Part shown: positions 17,857-26,005 of the stretch, piece by piece
Layout: each line of letters starts with the position of its first letter
Numbering within the stretch: the first letter of the stretch is position 1
Assembly: GCA_041496385.1 (NCBI GenBank)
Contig: JBGQEL010000001.1
Location: forward strand, 58,495 to 122,494
Source of the DNA: Candidatus Methylomirabilia bacterium
Lineage (GTDB): Bacteria > Methylomirabilota > Methylomirabilia > Rokubacteriales > CSP1-6
Direction: 5' to 3'
DNA length: 64,000 bases
Translations under genes and position numbers: made by a program
Notes under the pieces: generated by a model
Seen by the model: the letters and a program-made list of their open reading frames with translations, nothing else
Told to the model about the DNA's origin: nothing
Databases searched by the model: none

Positions 17857-18621
17857 ATGTTCACCTGCCAGGCGTGCGGGTGGAGTGCCCCGGTCCAGTT
17901 CGCCGCCTGCCAGGACTGCGGCGCGCCCGGCGCGATGTTGCAGATTCGCCACGGTCAGGATGTGGCCGACATGCTGCCCGAGATCCCGCGGCTCGAGGAA
18001 GTCGTCGGGGACATCGTGCACACGCCGACGGGCCTGGCGCTGGTCGACCGGGCCCTCGGGGGCGGCGTCGTGCCGGGCCAGACGATCCTGCTGGTCGGCC
18101 CGCCCGGCGCCGGCAAGACAACGCTCATCCTCCTGGCGGCCGAGCAGCTCGCCGGCGACCGGGGGCTCTACGTGACGGCGGAAGAGACGCTCGAGCAGGT
18201 GCGCGCGCGGTTCGCCGGCGTGGGCGTCGGCCGGATCCGCGCCTGGCAGGAAACCGACCCGCTCCGGATCGAGGAGCTCGCGCACGCCTGGGCGCGCGAG
18301 ATCCTGATCGTCGACTCCGTCAACCGCCTCCACGATCCGGGCCTGGCCGCGGCGCCGGGCACGCCGAGCCAGATCAAGAGCTCGGCCGGGATCCTGCTCC
18401 GGTGGGCGAAGACCGCCGGCGTGCCGCTCGTGCTCGTCGGCCACGTCACGTGGGCCGATCGCTTCCAGGGCCCGCGCACGCTCGAGCACCTGGTCGACAC
18501 GGTGCTCTACTATGAGCGCGTGGAGAGCCTGGCCGACGACGTCCGGATCCTGCACGTCGCGAAGAACCGCTTCGGGCCCGCGGTGAGCGTGCGGATCCAC
18601 GTGGACGAGCTCCGCCCGTGA
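17857..18621 (+). CDS. RadA/Sms-like ATPase lacking the C-terminal Lon-like domain
   Basis: C4 zinc finger CQACG...CQDCG, GPPGAGKTT, LYVTAEE, IVDSV, GHVT, GPRTLEHLVDTVL, KNRFG; 254 aa. Confidence 0.88.
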   Translation: MFTCQACGWSAPVQFAACQDCGAPGAMLQIRHGQDVADMLPEIPRLEEVVGDIVHTPTGLALVDRALGGGVVPGQTILLVGPPGAGKTTLILLAAEQLAGDRGLYVTAEETLEQVRARFAGVGVGRIRAWQETDPLRIEELAHAWAREILIVDSVNRLHDPGLAAAPGTPSQIKSSAGILLRWAKTAGVPLVLVGHVTWADRFQGPRTLEHLVDTVLYYERVESLADDVRILHVAKNRFGPAVSVRIHVDELRP

Positions 18622-19055
18622 CCGTGCTGACGTCGCTCGCGCAGCGCCGGCAGGCCATGCAGCGCCGCATCGACGAGCACCTCGCCGCCGCGCGGCGGTC
18701 GCACGGCGGGCGGCCGCCCCAACGGCTCGACACCGTGGAGCGCGCGATCGCGCGCGCGCAGCGCGCCTTCGCGAGCGTGCTCGGGCGGCACTTCATCGAC
18801 GTCGCGCCGCCGAGCTGGACGGGGAATGACGGCCGCTTCGCGGCGTGTCTGGACTGCCGGCGGGGCCTGGCGCGCAAAGACGTGGCGATCGCGCGGTTGA
18901 CCACGATCCCGGACGCCTGTCCCTGGTGCGCGCGCCCGGGCCTACGGTCGGCCGAGCGTGACGCGCAGGCGCTCCACGGCCTCGCGCGTGAAGAGGTAGG
19001 AGCGGCCGATCACGGCCGCCGGCTCGATCCAGCCGTGGCCCACGTAGCGCCGTAG
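18618..19055 (+). CDS. Hypothetical protein with CxxC...CxxC
   Basis: GTGA overlap with the RadA-like gene; 3' end overlaps an antisense HTH gene. Confidence 0.5.
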   Translation: MTVLTSLAQRRQAMQRRIDEHLAAARRSHGGRPPQRLDTVERAIARAQRAFASVLGRHFIDVAPPSWTGNDGRFAACLDCRRGLARKDVAIARLTTIPDACPWCARPGLRSAERDAQALHGLAREEVGAADHGRRLDPAVAHVAP

Positions 19056-19142
19056 CGTCGTCACGGACACGCGCAGCAGCGCCGCCACCTCGCTCGTGGT
19101 CAGCAGATCGCTCGAGGCGGGGAGCCCGCGGTCTGGCGCCAT
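18942..19142 (-). CDS. Excisionase/MerR-type HTH DNA-binding protein
   Basis: LLTTSEVAALLRVSVTTLRRYVGHGWI.....GRSYLF. Confidence 0.8.
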   Translation of the reverse strand: MAPDRGLPASSDLLTTSEVAALLRVSVTTLRRYVGHGWIEPAAVIGRSYLFTREAVERLRVTLGRP

Positions 19143-19406
19143 ATGCGCTCAATGCACCATGAGCGCCAAGTGCGCCACAACAGGACAAAATTTCGCTTGA
19201 CCCATCGCCGCCTCGGGTCGCACCGTAGCCTCATGTGACGCACGCGGCCTCTGCAGGCGGGTAACACTGCGGGGGCGAGAGTGACCCGGGCGCCGCTTGA
19301 ACGGCGCCCGGGGGCGCAACGCAACCTCGAGGCGCGGGTAAGGCGCGCTCGAGCCCGCGACTGACTTCGCCGGGCCGAGTATAGCCGTCCCCGCTGGGGA
19401 TCGTCT

Positions 19407-20636
19407 ACGGTCGCAACCGGCAGTCCCGCCGCCGTCCAGAAGAAGCGCACCGAGGAGATCACCCTCGCGCTGCGCGACAGCGCCCTCACCCCGTCCGGCT
19501 ACATCGAGACCGCGTTCCAGTTCCCCGAGGTCGAGAAGGTCGAGATCCATAGCTTCGCCCGGAACAGCTGGCAGCCGGCGAAGGTCGAGGAGCTCGGCCC
19601 CGGCACCGATGCCGCAAGCATCGAGCCCTACCTTCTCGACAAGCACGGGCCCGCGCGCTACCGCTTCGCCGCGATCGTCGGCCCGAAATCCTTCGCCTGG
19701 CGCGTCTACACGATTGGCGACGTCCCGGAGCAGCTGCCCCCCAACGGCGGCAACGGCGACGGCACCGCCGTCACCGGCAATGAAGCGCTGCGCCAGATGA
19801 CCGAGGCGATCCGCTCGCGGCTCACCAGCGACCAGCTCTCGGGCCTGGTCGTGGATCTCGAGGCCGCCCGGACGAATCGGGAGCTCGCCCCGCAACGGAT
19901 GTTCATCGAGCTCGTCACGAAGGTCCTCGAGAAAGCCGGCACGCCGGCCGCACCGCCGGCGTCCTCGCCCGAGCGCGATCGCATGATCGACTTCCTGACG
20001 AAGGAGCTCGAGGCGACGCGCGCCGAAATGCGCCAGGCCAGGCCGGCGGCCTCGGGCGACGGGATCCAGGGGCTCACGGCACTCACCGCAACGGTGAAGG
20101 GCGTCATGGAAGCCGGTGAGCTGCTCGGCATGAAGCGCGGCGGGAGCCCGGCGGCCGCGACGGCCGCGTCGCTGTGGAGCCCGGACTCGGTCAAAACCAT
20201 GCTCGAGGGCTTCGCGCCCGTGGCGGGCCGGATCATGGACCTGGTTGACTACAAGCTGAGCGGCGGCGCGCTCCGCGCGCCAGGAGGCGCTGACGTGAAA
20301 CCGAGCCCCGAAGCGGCGGCGCTTCAACAGCGCGCGATCGAGCAGGCGCGGGCGGCCGAGCAGGCGATGCGCGAGCAGGTGGACTTTCTCCTCGAGGCGC
20401 TCCGCACGCAGGACTTCGCGACGGTCTACTGGATGCTGACGAACGCCTTCGTCCGCGAGGACGGCGAGCCGCTCGTCGCGATCGACCCCGACGTCAACCC
20501 GCTCGCCTACGTGCTCAAGCTGAAGCCGATCGCCCCGAAGATCAACGAGCTCCGGAGCGAGGTCGCCCTGTTCCTGAAGTGGGTCGGCGAGCGCCGCGCG
20601 GAAGAGGCGGCCGCGGAGCAGGCGCGCAAGACATGA
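19407..20636 (+). CDS. Hypothetical coiled-coil phage protein; likely begins at a non-canonical ACG (first ATG is 19797)
   Basis: Frame open from 19365 with strong GC3 codon bias; GGGGA 6 nt before ACG 19407. Confidence 0.65.
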   Translation, partial: TVATGSPAAVQKKRTEEITLALRDSALTPSGYIETAFQFPEVEKVEIHSFARNSWQPAKVEELGPGTDAASIEPYLLDKHGPARYRFAAIVGPKSFAWRVYTIGDVPEQLPPNGGNGDGTAVTGNEALRQMTEAIRSRLTSDQLSGLVVDLEAARTNRELAPQRMFIELVTKVLEKAGTPAAPPASSPERDRMIDFLTKELEATRAEMRQARPAASGDGIQGLTALTATVKGVMEAGELLGMKRGGSPAAATAASLWSPDSVKTMLEGFAPVAGRIMDLVDYKLSGGALRAPGGADVKPSPEAAALQQRAIEQARAAEQAMREQVDFLLEALRTQDFATVYWMLTNAFVREDGEPLVAIDPDVNPLAYVLKLKPIAPKINELRSEVALFLKWVGERRAEEAAAEQARKT

Positions 20637-21442
20637 GCAGCGAGCAGCAGGTCGACGTCGAGCGCTGGCCCGCGGACGCGCGGGGCACGGGCCCGGCGGG
20701 CCCGGCCGCTGGCCTGGTCGCGGTGCTCACGCGCGAGGTCGGCTCGTACAAGGACTTCCTCTCATCCTTTCGCCGCCTCGCGGTGCCGCCGGGGACCGAG
20801 GAGCTCCTACTCTCGAACGGCGAGAAGGTCGCCTCCCGGAACCTGGCCGTCGACGCGCTGCTGTCCCTGCCATCCTCGGCGGAGTGGCTCTATTTCCTGG
20901 ACGACGATCACAAGTTTCCGCGCACGATCCTCTACGCGCAGCTCGCGCGCGCGATCCAGTACGACGTCGACGTCCTGGGCGCCCTCTACTGCACCCGCGT
21001 CGCGCTGCGCGACACCTATCCCGTCGGCGGGATCTTCCAGCGATCGCCGGCCGGCGCGCTCGAGATCCGCAACCTGACCTGGGCGGATCTCCCGGCGCAG
21101 GCCAGGGTGCTCGAGCGTCCCGATCTCACGATGGGCACCGCCGGCCTGCTGATCCGCCGGCGCGTGCTCGAGGCGCTCCCGGCGCCGGCCTTCCAGGTCG
21201 GCCAGATCCATCCCGGCAAAGAATTCGAAGATCTCTACTTCGTCATCCGCTGCCAGGAGGCCGGCTTTCGCGTGGGCATGAACCTCGCCGAGCCGCTCGG
21301 CCACACGACGCGGATCACGCTCTGGCCCCGCCGCGACGAGGCCGGCGACTGGCACGTGCTGGGCGACCAGGATCCGCCCTTTGCCGATCGCATGCGCGGG
21401 CACCGGGTCCCCCGGTCGCTCGTCGACGTCGGAGAACGCTAG
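20633..21442 (+). CDS. GT-A fold (GT2-like) glycosyltransferase
   Basis: SRNLAV, WLYFLDDD (DxD), GTAGLLIRRRVLE, EDLYF..RCQEAGF. Confidence 0.8.
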   Translation: MSSEQQVDVERWPADARGTGPAGPAAGLVAVLTREVGSYKDFLSSFRRLAVPPGTEELLLSNGEKVASRNLAVDALLSLPSSAEWLYFLDDDHKFPRTILYAQLARAIQYDVDVLGALYCTRVALRDTYPVGGIFQRSPAGALEIRNLTWADLPAQARVLERPDLTMGTAGLLIRRRVLEALPAPAFQVGQIHPGKEFEDLYFVIRCQEAGFRVGMNLAEPLGHTTRITLWPRRDEAGDWHVLGDQDPPFADRMRGHRVPRSLVDVGER

Positions 21443-21444
21443 CC

Positions 21445-21630
21445 ATGGCCCACCTGGTCAACGAAACGCCCGACACGAAGACGCCGCCCGACGGCCGCTA
21501 TCGCTACGCGCTCTGCTTCGGCGAGGCGGATCTCCGCGCGATGCTGGCCGGGCATCCGGTCGAGCTGCGCGTGGGCCTGCCGCGCGACGCGGAGGATTGC
21601 ACCTTCACGTGCCAGCGGAAGGACGCATGA
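21445..21630 (+). CDS. Small hypothetical phage protein
   Basis: GGAG RBS; ATGA overlap with the next gene. Confidence 0.55.
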   Translation: MAHLVNETPDTKTPPDGRYRYALCFGEADLRAMLAGHPVELRVGLPRDAEDCTFTCQRKDA

Positions 21631-22241
21631 CGTCGACGCCGCGGCTACACAAGCTCGCCTGGGGCGACGCGGGGATCGCCGAGACCGTCGAGCACATGTG
21701 GGCCTACGTGCTCGGCTACGATCCCGACCGCGGCACGCCCGCGGCGCTCGGGATCCTCCGGGGCCAGGCCGAGGAGATCCTGCGCGCCTACCGCGTGCAG
21801 TTCTACGGCAACGCGCTCCACGCCGCGGCGATCCACGACTGGATCCAGCAGAAGATCGCCTACGTCGGTGATCACGTCCTCATCGAGGAGCTCCGGGCGC
21901 CGGCGGGCCTCGTCCTCGAGATCCAGGACCGCGGCTCGACGATGGGCGACTGTGACGACTTCGTCATCCTCGAGGGGGCGCTCCTGGCCGCGATCGGGAT
22001 CCCGATCCGGATCGTCACGATCTCGACGCGGCGCGATCGCGACTTCAATCACACGTACCTGATCGTCGACACGAACGCGGGCCCGATCGTCGCCGATCCG
22101 ATCCTGAAGGGCCCGACGGGGCGGCCGCTCGCCTTCGGCACGCACGTGCCGCCCACGCAGATCACGAATTACGAGGAATCGGACATGCCGCCCTCGCTCG
22201 AAGCGCTGGGCGTCAATCCGATGGAGGGCGCGCTCACCTAG
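21627..22241 (+). CDS. Transglutaminase-like cysteine protease
   Basis: GDCDD (Cys), FNHTY (His), VADP (Asp); IHDWIQQKIAYVGD. Confidence 0.85.
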   Translation: MTSTPRLHKLAWGDAGIAETVEHMWAYVLGYDPDRGTPAALGILRGQAEEILRAYRVQFYGNALHAAAIHDWIQQKIAYVGDHVLIEELRAPAGLVLEIQDRGSTMGDCDDFVILEGALLAAIGIPIRIVTISTRRDRDFNHTYLIVDTNAGPIVADPILKGPTGRPLAFGTHVPPTQITNYEESDMPPSLEALGVNPMEGALT

Positions 22242-22374
22242 ATCACGATCGTGGCGGCCACCGGCCGGGTTGCGCGACCCGGCGCGGGGTAACTCGGAGA
22301 ACAAGACGGCCCGCTCGAGCCTCGCCGTCGGCTCGGGTGGGCCGTTGGGTTTTCGGTGGCTGCCATGAGTGATC
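22241..22374 (+). ncRNA. Candidate structured RNA (multi-way junction) in the intergenic gap before the virion genes
   Basis: Closing stem 22241-63/22354-74; hairpins 22264-83, 22285-96 (GTAA loop) and 22305-46; non-Watson-Crick pairs are G-U on the + strand. Confidence 0.6.
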
Positions 22375-22393
22375 GGCGCGCGGAGAGAGAACG

Positions 22394-23278
22394 ATGAGCG
22401 ATCTCGGGACGCGCTTTCAGTATCGCCGCGGGCTCAAGCACCTGAGCGCGGCGCTCGAGCCCCTGCGCAGCGGCCGCGTGGGCTCCCTCGAGCCGGTCCG
22501 CGGCGGCCTCGAGGGCTGGGCCGCGGCCCACGGCGTCGACGGCGTCGGCCAGCCCGAGCAGTATCACCGCCGGCCCGGCAGTCTCCTGCGCGGCGTCGGC
22601 CAGGACGGCGACACGAGCCTGATTCTCTACGCGCCGAGCGGCGGCTCGATCGACATTTCGTCGCTGACAGCCGACGAGCAGGCCGCGTTTCTCGCGAACC
22701 CGCCCAGCGATAGCTTCGTGAGCTCGATGCCCGACACCGGCGCCGTCGGCGCCGATACGCCGCTGACGATCGACCTGCCCAACGGGACCAGCGACCGCGT
22801 CATTGGCACGACGCCGGACGGCATGGTCCTCACGGCCGCCGGCTGGCAATCCATCCCGCAACCGGACGGCTCGGAGCGCTGGGTCAACGTCCACACCGCG
22901 CAGATCATGCTGAGCGACGGGAGCATCGTCAGCCCGTCGACGCCGACACCGGACGGCGCGACGGTGGGCGCGACCCTGCAGGACTGGCTCAAGACCGGCG
23001 GCGCGATCGCGAGCGGCGTCGTGGGGATCCTGCAGAAGCTCGGGATCACGAAGACGCAGCCTGGCACCTGGCTCAGCGGCGGCCAGTACCGCACGGGCAG
23101 CGGCACCGTCGTCACGCCGGTCCGTCTCGCGAACGGCCTCTACCAGCTCCCTGACGGCACGATCGTCGGCGCGCCGCCGAGCTCGGGCCTGGGCGAGCTG
23201 TTCGCCATCGGCGGCCTGGCGGCCGTCGGCTGGCTCCTCTTCAAGCGCCTGCGCGGGCACCGGACGGCCGCCGCATGA
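22394..23278 (+). CDS. Putative virion protein with C-terminal membrane anchor
   Basis: G/T/S-rich; ends LFAIGGLAAVGWLLFKRLR. Confidence 0.7.
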   Translation: MSDLGTRFQYRRGLKHLSAALEPLRSGRVGSLEPVRGGLEGWAAAHGVDGVGQPEQYHRRPGSLLRGVGQDGDTSLILYAPSGGSIDISSLTADEQAAFLANPPSDSFVSSMPDTGAVGADTPLTIDLPNGTSDRVIGTTPDGMVLTAAGWQSIPQPDGSERWVNVHTAQIMLSDGSIVSPSTPTPDGATVGATLQDWLKTGGAIASGVVGILQKLGITKTQPGTWLSGGQYRTGSGTVVTPVRLANGLYQLPDGTIVGAPPSSGLGELFAIGGLAAVGWLLFKRLRGHRTAAA

Positions 23279-23655
23279 TCACGCACTCCGGCGCGCGCGG
23301 CGTCGGCCAGGTCCCGGATCTCAGCACGCTGGGGCCCGGGCTCATGTACGTGCAGCTCGCTACCCCGCTCGGAACCGCGGTCATCGACCCGTTCGCCGCC
23401 GCCCAGGACGCGACGACGCAAGCGATCATGCAGCGCCTCGGCATCCAGGTCACGATCGGCTTCGGCCCGGCGCCGGCGCCGGATCCGGCGAGCGGCGATC
23501 TCTTCGCGAATCTCTCCCTCGCCATCCCGCTCGCCCTCGGCGCGATCGCGTTCCTGATCCGCCCGAAGCTCTCCACGCTCGCCGTCGTGGGCGGCGGCCT
23601 CCTGCTCTGGAAATCGGGCGCGCTCGCAAAGCTCCTTTCGACGGGAGGCGCCTGA
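23275..23655 (+). CDS. Putative virion membrane protein
   Basis: Two C-terminal hydrophobic segments; translationally coupled. Confidence 0.7.
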   Translation: MITHSGARGVGQVPDLSTLGPGLMYVQLATPLGTAVIDPFAAAQDATTQAIMQRLGIQVTIGFGPAPAPDPASGDLFANLSLAIPLALGAIAFLIRPKLSTLAVVGGGLLLWKSGALAKLLSTGGA

Positions 23656-24338
23656 TGCTCCTCGGCGAGCGCGGCGGCACCCTGGCAGCCCGCTACGCGT
23701 ATCGGCAGGGCCGGCCCGTCCTGCCGCTGCCGTTCAACGCCTTCGACTTCGATGCGTTCGCGCGCCCCTACCAGGCCGCCGAGCTGCCGCAGCAGCCGCT
23801 CAACCCGGGCGGCATGACGCGGCCGCCGACCACCGCGCTGGTGCTCGAGCAGAACGTCCGGAACCCGGGCGGCCTGCCGGATCGCTACAGCTTCCGGATC
23901 AATCGCCTGCGCGGCGTGGGCGCCGGCACGGACGGCGGGATCACGCAGCTCTACGTCAACGACCAGTGGGTCGACATCGCGACGTTTCTCGATCAGCCGC
24001 TCGTGCTCACGACGACGGGCACGGTCTACGAGCTCCCGGACATCAACGCGGCGATCCTCGCGACGGTCGCCGCCGGCCAGCCGCTCGGCACGATCTACTC
24101 CTACGTCCAGAACGCCCAGGGCTTCTGGTGGCAGGTCACGCGCGACGGCGGGGTCTACGCCTACGTGCTCTTTTCGGCGACGCAGACCGTGACGCCGCCC
24201 CAGCCGGCGCCGCCCGGCAGTAACCCCTTCGGCCTGCCGGACTTCAGCAAGCTCTTCGCGCAGCTCGGCACGGCCGGCAAGTGGCTGATCGGCGGCGGCA
24301 TCGCGATCGCCGCCCTCGGCGTGCTCCGCAAGCTATGA
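23655..24338 (+). CDS. Putative virion protein with C-terminal membrane anchor
   Basis: Ends WLIGGGIAIAALGVLRKL. Confidence 0.7.
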   Translation: MLLGERGGTLAARYAYRQGRPVLPLPFNAFDFDAFARPYQAAELPQQPLNPGGMTRPPTTALVLEQNVRNPGGLPDRYSFRINRLRGVGAGTDGGITQLYVNDQWVDIATFLDQPLVLTTTGTVYELPDINAAILATVAAGQPLGTIYSYVQNAQGFWWQVTRDGGVYAYVLFSATQTVTPPQPAPPGSNPFGLPDFSKLFAQLGTAGKWLIGGGIAIAALGVLRKL

Positions 24339-25123
24339 ACGTCCAGATCCACGGCCGGCTGCCCGGCGATCTCGAGGAAATCCGGTATCACCGGACCTCG
24401 GACTATCCAGGGTTCTACAAGCACGCCTTCACGACCCCGACCGACATCTTCGCGCTCACCGACGGTGGGTTGCTCATTCGACCACGAGGAGGATCTATGC
24501 GGAAGCTCTGGCTCGACAACCCCCGCCGCCACGGGCACAGGCACCACCACCGGCACCACCGGCACAATCCGTTTCTCGCCGCCTACAACCCGGGCATCAC
24601 GGCCGTCCTGAAAAGCTACGCGAGCGTGCCGTACATGACCGCCGCGCTCTCGGGCGGCGCCGGCTTCGCGGTCACGTTCCTGTCCTACAAGGCCCTTTTC
24701 TCGCTGACCGCGCTCGGGACCTACGGGGTCGACCAGACCTGGACGGGGATCCTCGTCCGCCTGCTCGGCCGCATCGGCGTGGCCGCGGTCGGCGGCGCCG
24801 TGCTCAGCCGCTTCCTGCCCGGCCACAACCGCATGGCCTACATCGGCGGCGCGACGGCCTACGTCGGCCTGGCCACCGCGCTCGAGGCCGGCGGCTACCA
24901 GGTCACCATCGGCGCCGCCGGCGGGGCTCCGCTCGTGTCGGTGCTCCCGACGTCGCTGCAGCCGGCCACCGCGGTCGCCGGCGTCGACGGCGTCGACGCC
25001 TATATGCAGCGCCGGAGCCGCCCGCGCGGCGTGCGGGGCACCAGCGCCTTCCTGACGATGCGCGGGGGCGGGATGGGCCTGCACCCGAGCCGCCTCTACA
25101 CGAACCGCCTGTCCCCGAGCTGA
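24335..25123 (+). CDS. Membrane protein with His/Arg-rich segment; internal in-frame start at 24497
   Basis: NPRRHGHRHHHRHHRHNP followed by about 3 TM helices; AGGAGG before ATG 24497. Confidence 0.7.
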   Translation: MNVQIHGRLPGDLEEIRYHRTSDYPGFYKHAFTTPTDIFALTDGGLLIRPRGGSMRKLWLDNPRRHGHRHHHRHHRHNPFLAAYNPGITAVLKSYASVPYMTAALSGGAGFAVTFLSYKALFSLTALGTYGVDQTWTGILVRLLGRIGVAAVGGAVLSRFLPGHNRMAYIGGATAYVGLATALEAGGYQVTIGAAGGAPLVSVLPTSLQPATAVAGVDGVDAYMQRRSRPRGVRGTSAFLTMRGGGMGLHPSRLYTNRLSPS

Positions 25124-25193
25124 CAGCGGAGCTCAACGGTCATGATCGCGCGCGGCCTTTCACCCACGACGGCGGGACAGGACGTCATCACCC

Positions 25194-25913
25194 ATGTCAG
25201 GCCCCGCGACGCTCAGCCCCGGCCAGGTCTCCCTCGACGCAGTCCTCTCGCATTTCTCCACGGCGCCCTTCGGGATCCCGGACACCTTCCTGCTCGGGCA
25301 GGACTTCATGTCGTTCCTCACGAAGGTCCCGACGCTGCTCGACGCGCGCCGGCACGTTCTCCGCTCGGAGAAGGTCTATCCGACGGGCGGGCAGACCAAG
25401 CTCACCTTCTTCGATCAGGGCATCGGCGCGGCGACGCAGCAGGAAGGCGACACGAACATGCAGATCGCCTCGATGCTCGCCGGCCAGGAGATCTTCGTGG
25501 CCCTCGATCTCCGGATGCTGGCGCTCCCCGCGCGCGCGGACTACGACACCGCGGCGGCCGGCACACCCATCGCCTTCGGCGACTGGACGGAAGTGATGAT
25601 GCGCAACTGCTGGCTCGACTTCAAGATCGGCAGGAAGAAGTACCTCGACACGATCGGGCCGCTCGCGATGTTCTCGCCGGGCTTCGGTCCCGTCCCCGTG
25701 GCCGTGTCCCTGGCCACCGTGACGCGGAACATCGCGTGGCCGTCCTTCGGCACGCCGGACACGAAGTCGCTCTTCCTGCTGGATCCGCCGATCACGATCG
25801 TCGCCGGGGAAAACATCGAGGCCGCCGCGCTCTGGAAGACCGCGCTGGCGGTCACCACCGCCGGCAAGCTCGGCATGTACCTCAACGGGTACCTGATCGG
25901 ACCCGCGCAGTAG
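25194..25913 (+). CDS. Putative major capsid protein (single jelly-roll type)
   Basis: 239 aa, beta-strand pattern (LTFF..DTNM..FVALDLRM..LDFKIG..LDPPITIVAGENIEA..LGMYLNGYL); position in the structural operon; fold is inferred. Confidence 0.6.
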   Translation: MSGPATLSPGQVSLDAVLSHFSTAPFGIPDTFLLGQDFMSFLTKVPTLLDARRHVLRSEKVYPTGGQTKLTFFDQGIGAATQQEGDTNMQIASMLAGQEIFVALDLRMLALPARADYDTAAAGTPIAFGDWTEVMMRNCWLDFKIGRKKYLDTIGPLAMFSPGFGPVPVAVSLATVTRNIAWPSFGTPDTKSLFLLDPPITIVAGENIEAAALWKTALAVTTAGKLGMYLNGYLIGPAQ

Positions 25914-25938
25914 CGCGGACGAGCTCGCGCTGATCCCC

Positions 25939-25999
25939 GCGGGCGCCGCCGCGCACGGCGCCCGCCACATGACTTGGACGACGGCGGGAAGGGTGTGCC
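25939..25999 (+). promoter_or_regulatory. Repeated leader element, copy 1 (27-nt hairpin + ACGGCGGGAAGGGTGTGCC)
   Basis: Both blocks are identical to those at 28643-28702. Confidence 0.75.
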
Positions 26000-26005
26000 G
26001 TCTCC

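Noticed and set aside
17857..18621. Terminase or A32/FtsK-type packaging ATPase
   Set aside because: Motifs (C4 finger, GPRTLEHLVD, KNRFG) are specifically RadA/Sms-type
19136..19180. Loosely repeated (T/A)GC(G/A)C(C/T) hexamers upstream of the HTH gene as an operator
   Set aside because: Too short and degenerate to separate from background by eye
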